DNA of 64,000 nucleotides from Piedraia hortae CBS 480.64. Its lineage: Eukaryota. Position numbers and translations under genes: made by a program. Location of the stretch: positions 1 through 64,000 of the forward strand of contig MU005958.1 in assembly GCA_010093745.1 (NCBI GenBank). The letters run 5' to 3'. How positions within the stretch are numbered: the first letter of the stretch is position 1; every line of letters begins with the position of its first letter. Below, in pieces: positions 45,530-59,044 of this stretch. The notes under the pieces were generated by a model. That model ran no database searches. It saw only the letters and a list, made by a program, of their open reading frames with translations, and had not been told where the DNA came from.

Positions 45530-46496
45530 TGCTTGGAGGGGTTTGGGTGGGGGGGGGGGAGGGGGAAATTTATCTGAACGATGATATACCAGATAGCTTT
45601 ATCTACGGCGGTAGAGGGTTAAGATGGTCAGTGGAAAAGAAGATGGTATCGTAATCCTTTTTCAAAACCCTCGTGGTCGGCACTATCTCGACGAAGATGT
45701 GCATTTCCCGCCCAAAAACAAGCGGGTTTTTTTCCCTTTTAATGTTAGCCCGGGATCCAGCAATATTTCCAGGTATCTGAGCGTGTTATCGGTGCGGCAG
45801 CCTGTCCTGGAGCGTGATAGGTATCTGAAGTGTCATCTCTGCTCATCCGATGATCTTCTACCCTCCGTTACTCTTTGACCATACTTTGACCATATTGGTC
45901 AGGGTAAAGTTCAGTTGGCTCAAGCGTTTGATGTCATCAATACGCCTGGTAAGAGAACATCATAGGTAGATTGGCAGGTGAGATTGTGACGCTTGGGGGT
46001 CCTCCTGAACGGGGTGTAACGACCACACCAGTCAACAAGGACTTTCAATAGAGCGGCTGCTGATCTCCTCGTGAGATGTTGGAAAAAAAGCTGGACCTTG
46101 TAAAAGCTATTTCCAGTGGTGCACACTTTGCCGATTACGTAGACAAGAACAGTTACATTGCGTTCCTCGGCAGAATGACCAGCGTTATGCTTTATGCTCA
46201 AGGCCCATTTTTTTAGCCAAAACGTGATGCTCTCTTTGGATCGATGACGATGATTCCATGCTTATGCAGCTTTATGCTTGATGCATGCCTCAGAAGCTGG
46301 GGTCATGCGGTTGAAGTAAGATAGTTGGAGTTTGCAGATGGATTTAATTTCGATAGTGGGGTGTGGTGTGTACGGAACCATTACGCAACTGCTATCAATC
46401 AGACTTGATTAATGTTCGGGGCAAAGCATGAGCATTGTAATGTTGACAGCAGCGATGAAAAGTCTCTAGAAGGGCACTTTGGTAAGCGTTTGTCTA

Positions 46497-47250
46497 TCAC
46501 TTCCCAGAAGCCTGCAACCGCTCATCGACCATCCTCGTAACCATTTTCTGCAGCACAGCACTCCCACTCCCATCCCCAGACTTAAAATACGCTGCAACGC
46601 TCTTTTCAACGTATTTGCCCACCATGTCAACTTCCACGTTCACATCATCCCCCTTTCTCTTTTTACTCGTGACAAGCTTGCTCTGGGAGTAGGCAACCAT
46701 CATAATCTCCCACCAGGCATTCTCATCATCCACGTTCGTGACCGTCAAGGAAGCGCCGTCGAGGGTTACATAGCCCTTTTCAACAACATATCTCACGATG
46801 CGTTTATCCCTGGGTTGCAGACGAAACGTAATGGCATTGCCGTCCTCTCTTGTTTCCAGAATCGTGGCAACGGTATCGACATGACCTTGAACAAAGTGAC
46901 CGCCCATTCGCGTGTTTGCACTGACAGCGCGTTCGAGGTTCACGCCGTCTCCTTGCTTGAGGAGGCCGAGGTTCGTTCTGCGGAGGGTTTCAGGCGCAAC
47001 GCCGACTTTGAATTCATCCTTAGAGAACTCAGTGACGGTTAGGCAGGTGCCGTTTACGCTTATGCTGTCGCCGAGATGAGCGTCCTCCAAGATAGAGGCG
47101 CAGTTGGATATGGTGATAGATGTGCCTCCCCCACCGCTGGAAGATTCATCATGCTGCACAAGGCGAGACACAGCTGTTTGGGGAGTGTCAGTTGGCCCAG
47201 ACGTTTGTTGTAGACATACTGCCTATGGCTTCCACGATGCCTGTAAACAT
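46497..47250 (-). CDS. RIB5: Riboflavin synthase (intron 47174-47219)
   Basis: MFTGIVE N-terminus, GDSISVNGTCLTV, VNLERA, MGGHFVQGHVD, LDGASLTV, VNVEVD. Confidence 0.96.
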
Positions 47251-47298
47251 TGTGCAGAGTTTGGTGGCGGGCCGTTCCTCGGCTGTGCAAAATGTTTG

Positions 47299-48186
47299 CT
47301 ACATCAGCAACTTCTTCATCCTTCTCGCGTTGTCCTCCCACCTGACCCATGCCGCTGCTTGCAAGAGGCAATCGGCCAGGTCGTCCAGTTTGGCACCCGA
47401 TCGCTTTTTGCCAAATGACAGAGCGGTTTCCTTGGCCTCACCGGTAAAGGCGATATCCACCTCGCCATCGCCATTCATCCATGCCCTTACGATATCCTTT
47501 CTATCGTTCTTGGTGACCTTTGACCTCTTCTTCGTAGCTGCAACCTCCTCCCACCTCAATACCCCCTTCTGACCCCGCGACACCGCCCGTTCCGACGGCT
47601 TGAGCGGAGCCTCCGCGGTCCAGAAGTCGCCCACGCGCGCGGGGCTAACCTCGTGCATATCCACCGCAGCGCCTGTGCCCGTTGACTTGAGCGTTTGTAG
47701 ACAGGCCCAGAGCATGCTCTCTAGCATGTTGACCCTGACGGTCCACTCTGCAATGGCCGGCCCGCTATTTGACCTGAACCGCTGACGCTCTATTAGCAGA
47801 GCATCTGGTTTGTATGCCAGCAGCTCCTTTGTGACGCCGTAGGCCGTAAGCGACAACACGGCCGGCGTGAACAGGGCGGTGTGATCTGAGACTCTACCAT
47901 CTTCACTTTGCTCCTCATGCTGCTTCAGCAAGTCTAACCTCTGCCACGCCGTGACCCGGGACGCCGTCCCATCGTGTTCAAGCACGCAGTAGGCGAGGTT
48001 ACGGATGCCCATATCGACGCTGAGGACGCGTTTGGGACCCGACGACACGCCGTCGACCTTGCGGCCGATTGCCGTCTGCAGCACGGGTTTGGTGCCTGCG
48101 CTGGGAAGACCGAGCAGGAAAGCGGCATGCTTGAGTTGGGCGAGCTTCAGAGTCGCGAGACGCGCTGCCGTCAACTGAGTCACCAT
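47299..48186 (-). CDS. CCE1: Mitochondrial Holliday-junction resolvase Cce1/Ydc2 with an N-terminal SAP domain
   Basis: LKLAQLK....LGL..AGTK..L (SAP), LSVDMGIRNLAYC, LIERQRFRS, KLDDLADCLLQA. Confidence 0.92.
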   Translation of the reverse strand: MVTQLTAARLATLKLAQLKHAAFLLGLPSAGTKPVLQTAIGRKVDGVSSGPKRVLSVDMGIRNLAYCVLEHDGTASRVTAWQRLDLLKQHEEQSEDGRVSDHTALFTPAVLSLTAYGVTKELLAYKPDALLIERQRFRSNSGPAIAEWTVRVNMLESMLWACLQTLKSTGTGAAVDMHEVSPARVGDFWTAEAPLKPSERAVSRGQKGVLRWEEVAATKKRSKVTKNDRKDIVRAWMNGDGEVDIAFTGEAKETALSFGKKRSGAKLDDLADCLLQAAAWVRWEDNARRMKKLLM

Positions 48187-50083
48187 GGCCTGCCAAGTTG
48201 CGTCGCTGGCAATTTACAACCCGTCGCTGGGGCCTACGGATGAGACGTTTGCCGACCAACTCGTCTTTTGGCACTCGCGCGTCGCCCGCGAAGCCCGTAG
48301 CGCTGCTAAGCGGACCGGCGTGGAGAATGTCGATGTCGCCCGCCGCGACCAGAACGAGAGACTGCGCCAGATTGGTCTCGCTCAGGGCTTGGTCAATTTC
48401 GCGAGGTGCGTTTCATCTACAAGGGCGAGTAGCCTGAACTAACGGCAACACAGGACGTTTTCCGGCGGGAAGCCAGTCGATGGGGTGGAAACGGGACGGT
48501 CACGCATTGTCCTATGGCCTCCCGAAGATGGATGGTGGATCCTCGCCTCGGTCGACCTTGCCAAGGTGACGGCAGAGGTGCAGACAGACGAATACTCATC
48601 CCGCGGCCTGAGCCCGCCGGCGCTGTTGGTACAGCAGCTACGAAACGCACACCGAATCTTCAGCCTCCACCATGGGTCGTCTTGGACGACACTCTACGGC
48701 TCGTTGGGGAGGGAGCGGTTTTGCACGGCGCTGGACCGGTTCTGGTCGCGGTTCGCGCGTACCTGGGATGTCATGCTGCACGATAACCCTGCGGCAGAGC
48801 TGCTGGGCGGCATCAAACTCGGCGGCGGCGGCGAGCTGGGGTTCGGCGTAGGCGAAGAAGACATGGGCAGCGCTGAGCGGGCAGTCCTCCAAGACCTCGT
48901 ACACCGCACCGAGGGTCTCATCGATGTCGTTGTATCACGCTTCGGCGAAGCAGAAGCATCAGGCAAGGAAAGCCTCCCATGGTTAGGAAGTGGACGACAA
49001 CCATCTTCCGCCGACGGAGTCGTCTTCTGCGGAGTCGGTGCCATTTCCCGTATCGACGTGGGCAAAATGTCCCTCTGGATACAGCAAATATTCACAGACG
49101 GCGAACTGGCCTACGGGATCCGTCAGGATCCGCATCGCGAGCGTCGCAAACGGAGACGTGATGTCCCCAAACCAGACCCAAAGGTCCCTCGACCCATCAT
49201 CTCCCCCAAAGCAGCATCCGTGTCCGAAGCTTCATCCACATGGGGCGTGCCAGAAACTTATATGAAGTATCTCTCCCTCGGCCTCGGCGGGGGTAGCAGC
49301 AGCGGCAGCAGCAGTGCCGTTACCAGAGACAAGTCCCCCCTCCGCAGCCGCGAAGGTGAGCAAGAGCAAAAGAAGCGAGAGGCAGAAGGCTACTTCCTCC
49401 TCGGCTACAGGGGCGACCTCTCAAGCTCATCCTCCACCATCAGCGAAAGCGACAAATCCCACCCGGAACCAACCCTTCTCCTCCGCACAATCCACCTCAC
49501 GCACACCCTCGCGGTAGCAGTAATCTACATCCGCCGTCCAATGATCTACACATTTCTCTTCTCTGAATCACATACGCCCTTGCTCCACACCCCAAATCTC
49601 TACCTCACAATCCACGCAGACCTAACCGCAATCCACACGGGTCTGGTTGCTCACACCGCACCGCGCGAAGCATCCCTATATAAATTAACCTCCGAGGACG
49701 GCATGGTGTGTACCAACTGGCCAAGCATTCCCGCAGGTTATTCCTCGCGAGAGTGGACGAGGGCGGAGGCAATGGGCGTGTACGCTTGTGCGTTGAATAA
49801 TATGACGTTGTCGGATTCGACGAGTCTTACGATTAGGGGTTGGGTTATTAGGAAGTTGGAGGGGGAAGAAGGGGGTGGGAGGAGGGAGGTGATTGCACTT
49901 GTCCCGCCTATGGCGGCGGCGACGGAGACGGGGACGGGGAGTCGAGTCAATAGTGATTATGCGAGTGGGTTGTGGGCTAGTTTGACGTTTCGATCGGGGG
50001 GTAAGAACCTGGGGACGGGGAAGATGGTGCAAGAGACGGAGTATGTCTTGTCTGCGGACGAACTGGCGCGGGGGGATGGGTAG
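48185..50083 (+). CDS. CCZ1: Vacuolar fusion protein Ccz1, longin domain (intron 48406-48453)
   Basis: LAIYNPSLGPTDET..DQLVF, NERLRQIGLAQGLVNFAR|TFS, GWWILASVDL, WDVMLH.NPA. Confidence 0.88.
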
Positions 50084-50108
50084 TTTGGGACAGGTGTATT
50101 TACATGGA

Positions 50109-53100
50109 TTAGTCGATATCTTCGCGGGCTTCGACAAAGATGCTGCCTTCTGGACTGACGTCTCGGTCTGCGGATGGGGGTGGAGGCGGGGCGAGTTCGC
50201 TTGATGATGGATTTTGGGGCTGGTCTTTGGGAGGCGGTGCGGGAGGGGGAACTGTCGTTTCTGAAGTCTCTCCTTGGGGAAGATTGTCCTCCACCTTGGG
50301 CTGAGGAGGAGCTTCTTGACTTCTAAAGCTCAGTGTAGCGGCGTTCCTGGCCCGTTCTTGCTGCAGTTCCCACGCTTCTCTGCGCGCCTTTTCCTCTCTC
50401 AGCTTCCGCACCCGCTCGACCTCCTCCACGCCGCCGCTCTTCTTGAGCCCGCCTTCTTCGTTGAAGTTGTCCAGTGCGCGTTGCAATTCGCCTCCCTTTC
50501 GGCTTTCGAGTTCCTTTTGCCGCGCTCGCTCGGCCCGCTCGATGGCTTCCAGTCTGCTCTCGTGGTTGGGCTGCAGGGCGCGCACTTCGCTGAGGACGCC
50601 GACTTGGGCTTCCTTGGGGTCTGCACCGCGATCCATGGCCAAGGTGTTTAGTGCCCGACCGGAGCTGGTATGCCCGCTTTGAAGGCTCTGCTGCTTACAC
50701 GCCTGCTCCACCAGCCGGAAAGTCTCGGCCGCCTTTTGCATGTCGTGCTGTAGATCGTTGCCCAGCTCGGCCTGTACCGTGAGGAGCTCCTTCTCATCGC
50801 ACACGACCTCGAGATCCCGCTCCCACCGCTTCGTCCAGATTGGTTTCTGCTTCTTCATGTTCTCAATGTGTTTCTTAAGCTCCATTGTCATCTGTGCCAC
50901 TTCCTTGCCCACAGCTTCCAGCTGGCGTGGATGTGGCCGCACTCCGCGCGTGAGCACGTCCCGCCGGATATCCTCGACCTGGTCTTGCATCTCCTCTACT
51001 CGATCCAGCAGCTCCTCACCGGTGGCTGCCATCTCCGCCACGCCTTTGCTGATGGTTCCGCGCGAGTCTGAGCCATCGGCGGCAGGAATGGCTGCCTCCA
51101 TGGCCGCCTGCTTGACGTTGGCTGCCTTGCTCCTGATCTGCGCCATCGACGCTTCCATGTCTGTGACAAATGAAGAGTATGTTTGCCGCACCACGGCGAG
51201 GTCCCTGCGCATGCGCTGCACCTCTTCCAGCTGCGACGATGGGTCCCGTACTTTCCCACCCTTCACAACGCCTACCTGTGACGCCTGTGGGGCGCTGCGT
51301 TGGGCAGCCGCCAGACCGGCCAACTCGGTCGCCGTTGTTTGCTGTCGCCGCGAAACGAGTTCCAGCGCCGTGTGCTGGTTATCCACGCCCGTCTTGATGC
51401 CTTCAACGATGCGACGGATGCCTCCAAGCTGGTCATCCATCAGCCGTCGAATCTCCTCCAGTGCCTCCACATTGAGCACGAGCACAGAGTTTTCCTTGAT
51501 ATCAGAGAGATCCTCCAGCTCGTAGCGCACGCCCGACACTGGATCCTGGATGTAAATATCGGGCAGGTCCACGCCGTGGTTGTGCGTGCTCCACGCAAAC
51601 TTTTCGATAAACGCCAGTTGCAATTTGCCAATAGTCAGATCTCCACCATCTGGCAGCACCAGTTTCTTGATCTGCGTTTTGTACTGCAGAAACAGCGTGA
51701 GTGGCTTCCCCGGTTGCGGAGAGTTTTCGGGTACAAACTGCTGAATCTGTTGCTGCATCGAAGCATCCAGAACAGAACCCATTCGACGACGGCTGAGCTC
51801 GCGCTTAAGTCCACCATCGTCCTCTGGCTCTTGAACTGTCGAGTCAAGAGTGCCAGAGTCCTCCGGCGGGCCGTTGAGGGTGGCAGGTGTAGCTTTTTGT
51901 CCATCAATCGTCTTTTCCGCCCCGTCTTCGGACGGCTGTACATTGGTGCCCTGCGGCTGACGAATTGAAGGAGCGGGAAATCCATCGTTGGACATTTCTT
52001 CGCTCTGCTCGGATATTCGGCGGGTATCCATGCGATTTGGGCTTTTGTCCAGGCCGTTGTTCCGGCGGCCGTGAATACCGGTGCCCCGTGAGCGCACAGC
52101 AATCAAGCTCTCGCGCACATCACGATTCCGGTTGGGGACTGGCGTGTGCTGTGCAGGCGGGATGGTCGGAATGCCATTCATACCGGGGCCCAGCTGCTTG
52201 TGGATCTGATACTGCGAGAACCGCCTCGATGCCCGCCGCTCCAGCTCTCCGCTCCGCTGCAGCGTCGTGAGGGCATCGTTGTTCTGCCTTGGCGGTGGCC
52301 GCCGCGGGGCCTGTGACCCGTCCGCGTCGGCCGGACCGCTGGGCATGGCATCAGAGTCTGGGTAGGGCACAGCCCCAGGCATATCCGGTAGCGACAGAGA
52401 AGACGCTCCCATGTTGATGCCAACCGGCCGGCCGCTGGTCCGCGGGCTGTTGTTATTCCGCCGCGGAGACGTTGGCCATTCGCCGCCGGTCTCCGTCTCG
52501 CCTACGGCTACCGGCTCTGCTACGCGAGTGCTGGGGGTACGTGACGGTAACTGTGCGAGCTGCTCCGTCAGGTTGCTGTTCACGCTGCCGGAGCTGCTAG
52601 AGCCACTCATGTGACGCGCTGGGCGTCCATCAGCTGCGCTTCGCTGCCTCAGCCGCTGTTGCTTCTTCTTCAGCCCATGCAGCAGGTTGATGATGATATC
52701 GCGGATGCGCGGCAAATAGCGCTCCAGACTGGCCTGACTCGCCTCTTGCGACAGCGTTTCCTCTAGAATCACGCGCAAAAGGTCCGGTACGGGCCCCAGA
52801 TCGCCCGTATCGACACCAATGGCATTGAACGCCCGCGTAGCAATGTTGAACTCATAGCCCAGCCGCACGTAGACATCACTGACTTGGGTTTCCGTCGCCG
52901 TTCGCCGTGACCACAGCGTTAACGTCTCCAACAGCTCTTTGGTCGCAATCAACAGGTTCGTCACGCTCTTCTCAATCGTCGCCACCTGCTGCCCCTGCTG
53001 TGACCGTCGTCAGCGCCCGTACCGCACCGAGAGCTACCACGCACGTTCTGGCTCCGACGGCTGCCGCCTGACGAGCGATTGGACAAGGAACCCGACATGG

Positions 53101-53170
53101 ACATGACGCCGAGAGCAGCCGCCGACGGTTCGGTATTCCTAGCCCTGCGCGAGCGGTCGTCGGCTGGCAT
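50109..53170 (-). CDS. BUD6: Actin-interacting polarity protein Bud6/Aip3 (intron about 52998-53044)
   Basis: TIEKSVTNLLIATKELLETLTLWSR, LFLQYK, YIQDPVSGVRYELEDLSDIK, EVRALQPNHESRLEAIERAE. Confidence 0.92.
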
Positions 53171-53660
53171 GCCGTCTATCAAGGGAAAGGGTGAGTCGCG
53201 CACGTGGAGCTGGGGACTTGCCCGTTGCGGAAAGATCACGTCATGTGATGTGGTGCGGTGCTGAGACCGGGACTGCAAAGGGAACAAGGGAACATGAGGA
53301 GCTGGCTAGAGACGCGGAACGGAGCTAATGTTGAGCTGGCAGCTTCCACTGTTGTTATGCTGTAAAAAGTCCAGAGACCGTTGCATCGGTTGCGGAGCTC
53401 TGCATAGATAGCAATTTAGCACTGCCTAAACAACGCAACTTCATGTATCATGTGTATTGGGATGTACTATTCCGCCTTCAACACAACCGTTCTAATACGT
53501 TGTACTCGAATTGGCTTGTTGGACTCGAATTTTCTTTTTGGCTGCTATGAACAGGTTATCCTGGTGTCTATGAGACAGAACCCTTGTAAACTCGCCTTTT
53601 GAAAAACTCCATACGCCTCATGTCTCTTGCTTTTCATCATACATGTGCAGAACCCTTAAC

Positions 53661-54504
53661 CTAAGGTTGATTAGGCGTGTTGTTCAGGCCGTGTTCTTCG
53701 TCGTAGAGGTGGTTATCTTCAATGTACTGGGCAACAGGTTCGGGAACTAGGTAACGGATAGACATGTCCCTGCGACGAAACATGCGGATTTTGGTAGACG
53801 AAACATCGTTCTGTACCAGCTGCGGGATCTTCCAGATGTTGTCCTTCCACGGCTGGAGCGCGGCCAAGGCTTCATCCATGTCGGTCCCGGAGCGCTACAA
53901 GAGTCAGAGTTCCGAGATCGAGGGTAAGGAAGGAAAAGATACAAACCTCTACAATGAATGCTCCAAAGTTCTTCAAGATGTAGTCAACATCTTGTCTCGC
54001 CCAGACATTCGGCAGGCTCATGGTCTGTATCAAGTCGGCACCAGCCAACAAAGAGATTTGGCACTTCTTCTTCCCACTTGGCGTTTCTACTCCGCCCCTG
54101 ACCGTATTGATTTCATAGTCAAAGTGGTCCAGGACTTTGGCAGTCTCTAGATATTCCCTGTGAAGCGCCTCCCAGGGATCAACGCTGATCCAAGAACTCT
54201 GCGCAACAGCGAGGTTGCACATATTGAGTCGATGCTCAGCCTTAACAAGACCCGTTTTGTTGTAAGCATCCCCCACCGGAGAAAGATAGGCGCCCACCAA
54301 CTCGAAGTTGGTATTGAATCGCGTAAAGTCCGCCGCCATCTCGAAGATGCGCAAGTGCAGAAACGTTAGAGGACTAAAGGATCCACACGCGATGAGAACC
54401 AGCGGAGTGCGCTCATCAGACGTGATGCTGCGACGCAAACGAGCGTCTGGAAAATGATACTGAGCAAGCGTCATGTTTGCGGCCGGGCCGTTAGCAGCAT
54501 CCAT
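53661..54504 (-). CDS. NMA1: Nicotinamide/nicotinate mononucleotide adenylyltransferase (one intron, about 53895-53945)
   Basis: ACGSFSPLTFLHLR, SPVGDAY.K.GL..AEHR, LLAGADL, NDVSSTKIR, SIRYLVP. Confidence 0.94.
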
Positions 54505-55024
54505 TTACGTTTGACGTTGTCAGTGGTGCGAGAACCAACACCGTTGTGACTCACAAAGGTGGGTATCTTCTACTCAAAACGTTCACAACCGCACGCTAGT
54601 AAAAGATGAACTACTAAGGCGGACAACTGCTGCAGGACCCGGGGTGGTGGTTTGCTTCATGGTTGTCATCACCAAAAGTCATTTCAACTCCCACCTTGCC
54701 TTCATGATAGCCAATCAGCGGCTTGAAAAGCAATCACGTGACACGATCACGTGCAGCCCCATTGTGCCCACCCTCGCACTCTCCCGTCAGGACTTTCCTG
54801 ACTCACCTCTTTGCGGTGCAACCATCATCCTCCGCTCCCTCTACTCTCTCAATTTTCTTCTCTCTACACCGCTTACACTTGCCCTGTGGAATGCTGGTTT
54901 TTTAGCCGTGTTGCTGCCAACGTGCCACTCCCACGCTTACGGTCTGGAAGCTTGCAACCGCTTTCTCTCCAATCATCACACCCTCCCGCTTAATCGCGTC
55001 TTTCATCACACACACACACACAAA

Positions 55025-58000
55025 ATGTCTGCTGGTGACCTCGACGCTGGCAAGGCCGGCTCAGCTGGCGCTGGGTCGAGGCCGGCGCACACCCACTCGG
55101 CCAAGAACAAGGCTCCCGACGGTGCACGCATGCAGGCTGCAAACCAGTGAGTGCATCGGCGGCGGCGGTAGTCCCGAAGCTGACGGAAAATAGGAAGCAG
55201 CAATCTAATCAACCCTGGCAAGGTCCGAACCCCATCACGGCGCGTGCAGCCAACGCAAGCAATGCGAACAACATTGACGACAAGAAAGCCACACAAGCAC
55301 CTAAGCCTGCAGACGTAAAACGTGGTATCGCGGCTCACAGAAACTTCATCACCATGCTCAATAATATGGTGGTAAGACATGCTCATGATGGTGAATGAAC
55401 GTTTGTACTAACAAAGCGTAGGGTTTGGAGGCAGATTTGGAACTTCTCAGCGGTGAACGGTTCCATGGAATCTACAGTGATCTGGTGGAAAAGTCATCTA
55501 GTCGACCCAAATACCGCTTGAAGATGGTGAAGCGTGTTCGTCATGCCGCTAATCAGCCCAATGGCACTGCGAACAGCGTGGATGAGCTCGTTGGCAGCGG
55601 AGAGAATCACACAATGACCTTTGCCCTTCAGGATGTTGTTGATCTGAAATTTTCAGGTGCGACAATCGTACCAGAGCAGGCCCAGGGTAAGTCAAGTCCA
55701 CGATCACGTTTTGACGAATCCTACTTACACAGCTGTCTTTCCAGGACCTACCTCAGCTGGATTTCGGACAGACACCGAAATCTCTAGCCGTCGTCACGGC
55801 TCAGTCCCGCGCGAGCGCACGCTCCAGCGTTGGGACGGTGGCAGCCCCACCAAATCCACCGAGATGTCACTCGAAAGTGGAGGCACTAAAGGCTGGGATC
55901 AGTTTGGTGTCAACGAGCGCAAATATGGCGTTCGGACTGACTACAACGAAAGCTTGTACACGACGACCATCAACCGAAACGATCCTCGGTATAAGGAACG
56001 CGTAACACAGGCCGAACGTATCGCACGAGAAATCGAAAACTCGGCAACCACAGACGCCCACATTGCCGAAGAACGTGGCCTCACTACCGCCGACGATGGT
56101 GGCCTGGATGAAGAAGATCGCTACTCTGGCGTTCGAAGAGGGCCCTTGCAGTTGCCAAGGCGTGGTGTGGGAGCATACGTGCCTCCCGTACAGCGCCAAA
56201 CGGTGAATGTATCCACTGCCGAGGGAGCAGCATACGATCCAGCCATCATCTCAATGGGCGGATCTAGTAACCCCAATGCATCAAACGGCGTTTCTGTGCG
56301 AGGGACAAAAGCGTCTGGCGATGCAATACCGCCGCTTCATGGTGGCCAGCCCGGAGCGAGTGAGAGAACAGCTGCCGCGCCGCAAAAAATTCCAGACCCG
56401 ATTCGCCAAGTAGCCAACGCTTTTCGGGAGTTCTCCAGTGGAGAGAAGCTTCGATTGAAGCAGGCTCAAGAGTCCAAACGGGCCGGCGTCCGGCAGGAAA
56501 AGAACGTCAAGCTGAACGATCTCAAGGAATTTGCTGCAAATTTCAAGCTGAACAGCCGAATACCGGTAGATATGGTAGGCATATTGGCCAAGGACCCCGT
56601 TAAACAACAGGAGATTCTACGAAAATCCGAGGAAGCGGTCAAGGAACATGCGTTGAAGATGGAAGAGCGGAAGGAGGTGAAAACGGCAAACTCACCCGCA
56701 CAGCCGAGCTCCACAGCAAGAGCCAACGGAGTCGGTGCTGCACTCAATGCTGTGGACCAGAAGAGGCCGCCAGCAAACCAGCGTCAACGGCCTAACAACC
56801 CACCAGGGCGTCCTGTTTTTGCTCCACATGGCCATGTACCGCGGAATCAAATGCCACATCGACCTGCGCCGAATGGGCCAATGTTTGGCCGTGGCAACGC
56901 TGGACCGCCTGGCGATCTGAGGACAGGTGATCGGCCTCCTTTGAGCCCAACGTCTGGCAATCGTCTGAACGGTAGCGCCTTTGAATTCAAACCAATGGCC
57001 AAGTCTTTTACTCCATCAGAGGGACTGGTTACGTTCGACGTCAGTCCATTTGGCCCGGAGGATACGCCTACAGCTACTGAGAGACGGCAATGTGGACCCG
57101 CCTTCGACTGGGAACGTGAGGCCCTAGCTGCTGACAAGCCAACGGAATACAAGACTTCGATTGATGCTAACGGCGGCACTTCTAAACCGTGGTATGTGCG
57201 GCCAGCTTGGAATGATTCACCAGCCGAGAATGTATCGGCTTCATTCAAGGACGCGTTCCCTAAGGGGCCCTCTGTCAGCGAATCCGGGCCCAACGCTATG
57301 GTGACGCAAAACTCTGGTGTTCCCATACCCTTGGCCAACCTACACCAGATGCCCATGGCTATGCAGGGACACGGGATGGGTCAGCGTCCGCCTTTCTACC
57401 CATTTTTGCATGGCCAGACGCACTTTGTACCTCAGACTCAGGCATTTATGCCGAATGGAACCATGCAGGGTTCGCCACGCTATTCAGCTGCTCACCCCGT
57501 CGGATTCAACGGTCAAATGCCAGGAACGATGGCTCAATATGGGCCACCACCTGCTCCACCGTACGGGATCAGTCCCACGATGGCTTTTCGACAGCTCAAC
57601 ATGCCCATGAGTACCATGGTTCCTCCTCCCGGGCCGGGTAAGTTGTTTGCACTGCATCGTTGGCTGTAGATTGACCAATGTTTAGTGTCCCATCAAAGGC
57701 CTGGATTCTCTCCAGCGCCTCCGATGGTGCCTCAGCCAATGGGCGGGCATGTGATGACGCCAAACCATTCGAGCACCGGCTATATGGGCGGCTCAGCTGT
57801 ACCTCAGCAGCCGTATTCCCCAATGCCGCCACAAACGCAACCAGCGGGCAACGTGCCGCTTGGGCAATCTAATCACGTAAACCAGGGCGGGTATTCTGCC
57901 AGTCCCCGTCCTCAGATGATGCAGCCGGCCATGATGCACCCGGGCTACAACCAGCAGGTTGGGTCGCACATGGGCCCTGCAATGTATGGCGGCACAGGCC

Positions 58001-58134
58001 AGCCCCATACTCATTACGCACGACAGATGTCGGGACACGGGTTCCCGCAGATGACGCCGCGACAGTCGCAGAGTCAAGTGACTGGGCCTCGACATGCCTC
58101 GCCAGCAATGGGGCCAGCGGACGAAGTAAAGTGA
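55025..58134 (+). CDS. PBP1: Ataxin-2-like PAB1-binding protein (Lsm and LsmAD domains); about four introns (55147-55192, 55371-55421, near 55690, near 57640)
   Basis: FRTDTEIS, RERTLQRWD, WDQFGVNERKYGVRTDYNESLYTTTI, AERIAREIE, DEEDRYSGV, PAM2-like RLNGSAFEFKP. Confidence 0.9.
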
Positions 58135-58459
58135 AGGAGCAGCACATGCTGCGTGGTGGAGTTGAAAAATTAGTATTGGAAATGCGACAGAGCAAAAGTG
58201 TTAAACTATTCGTCGGATGGCATGGGCTATGGACATGGACGTGGGTATCAACTGGAAGGAATACTCGGCATGAGCTATGGGGACGAGGCTGGTGAGCGAT
58301 TGGCGATTTAAACTGAGGGGCTTGTGAAGGCCGCGGTTTAAGCAGAGGCCGTTGACGCAGCAGGCGGGTGCAAATCCCACGATTTGACAGTATCATTCAG
58401 ATTAGGTGCTAGATATCCTATAGGATAGTCCTCAAAAGTATTGTTGGACGGGAGCAGCA

Positions 58460-59044
58460 TCAGGTAATGGCACGAGGCCCAAGCATCCAATCCTCCATGG
58501 CCAACCATTCGCTCCACGCCTGTTCGGCTGCCGTCAGCTCCTCTAGTCTGGCTTCATCTAAGGGTTTCAGGAAGGGCACGCTCTCGTCGCCTAAGCCGCC
58601 ACCAGATCCAACATCGTATTGCCTCTTGCAGCTCTCCCAGCCGCCGTGTTTTGCTGTGAATAAGTAGTTTCTCCGCTCGCAGTCTACGTGAGGGAGGACG
58701 CCTCGGACGTAATCGTTTCCAAAGAAGCCGTGCAAGATGGCAGGCTTATCAAATGCGGTAACGACAAGACGACGGATATATGGGATCAGCGAGACGAGGA
58801 CGGCAGGCTGCTGGTAATTGGCTGCGTGGGAAGCAGTCGCAGACGACGGCGTAGGCGAGGACTTGACGGGGTGTGGAAACCACTGAAACGGTAGGCGAAT
58901 GTTGATGAGGTCACACACGGCCTGCGTGGCCGGCTCGTGCTGGGCGTAGTCGAGAAAGTAGCGCTGGCAGGATGTATAGGCAGGATGCCAATCTAGCAGA
59001 TCAAACTCTTGGGCTTCACGGCCGTTGCTGCGCTGTTCGGCCAT
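58460..59044 (-). CDS. Conserved fungal hypothetical protein
   Basis: FDLLDWHP.Y.SCQRYFLD, SLIPYIRRLVVT.FD, CERRNYLF, WSEWLAMEDWMLGPR. Confidence 0.75.
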   Translation of the reverse strand: MAEQRSNGREAQEFDLLDWHPAYTSCQRYFLDYAQHEPATQAVCDLINIRLPFQWFPHPVKSSPTPSSATASHAANYQQPAVLVSLIPYIRRLVVTAFDKPAILHGFFGNDYVRGVLPHVDCERRNYLFTAKHGGWESCKRQYDVGSGGGLGDESVPFLKPLDEARLEELTAAEQAWSEWLAMEDWMLGPRAIT

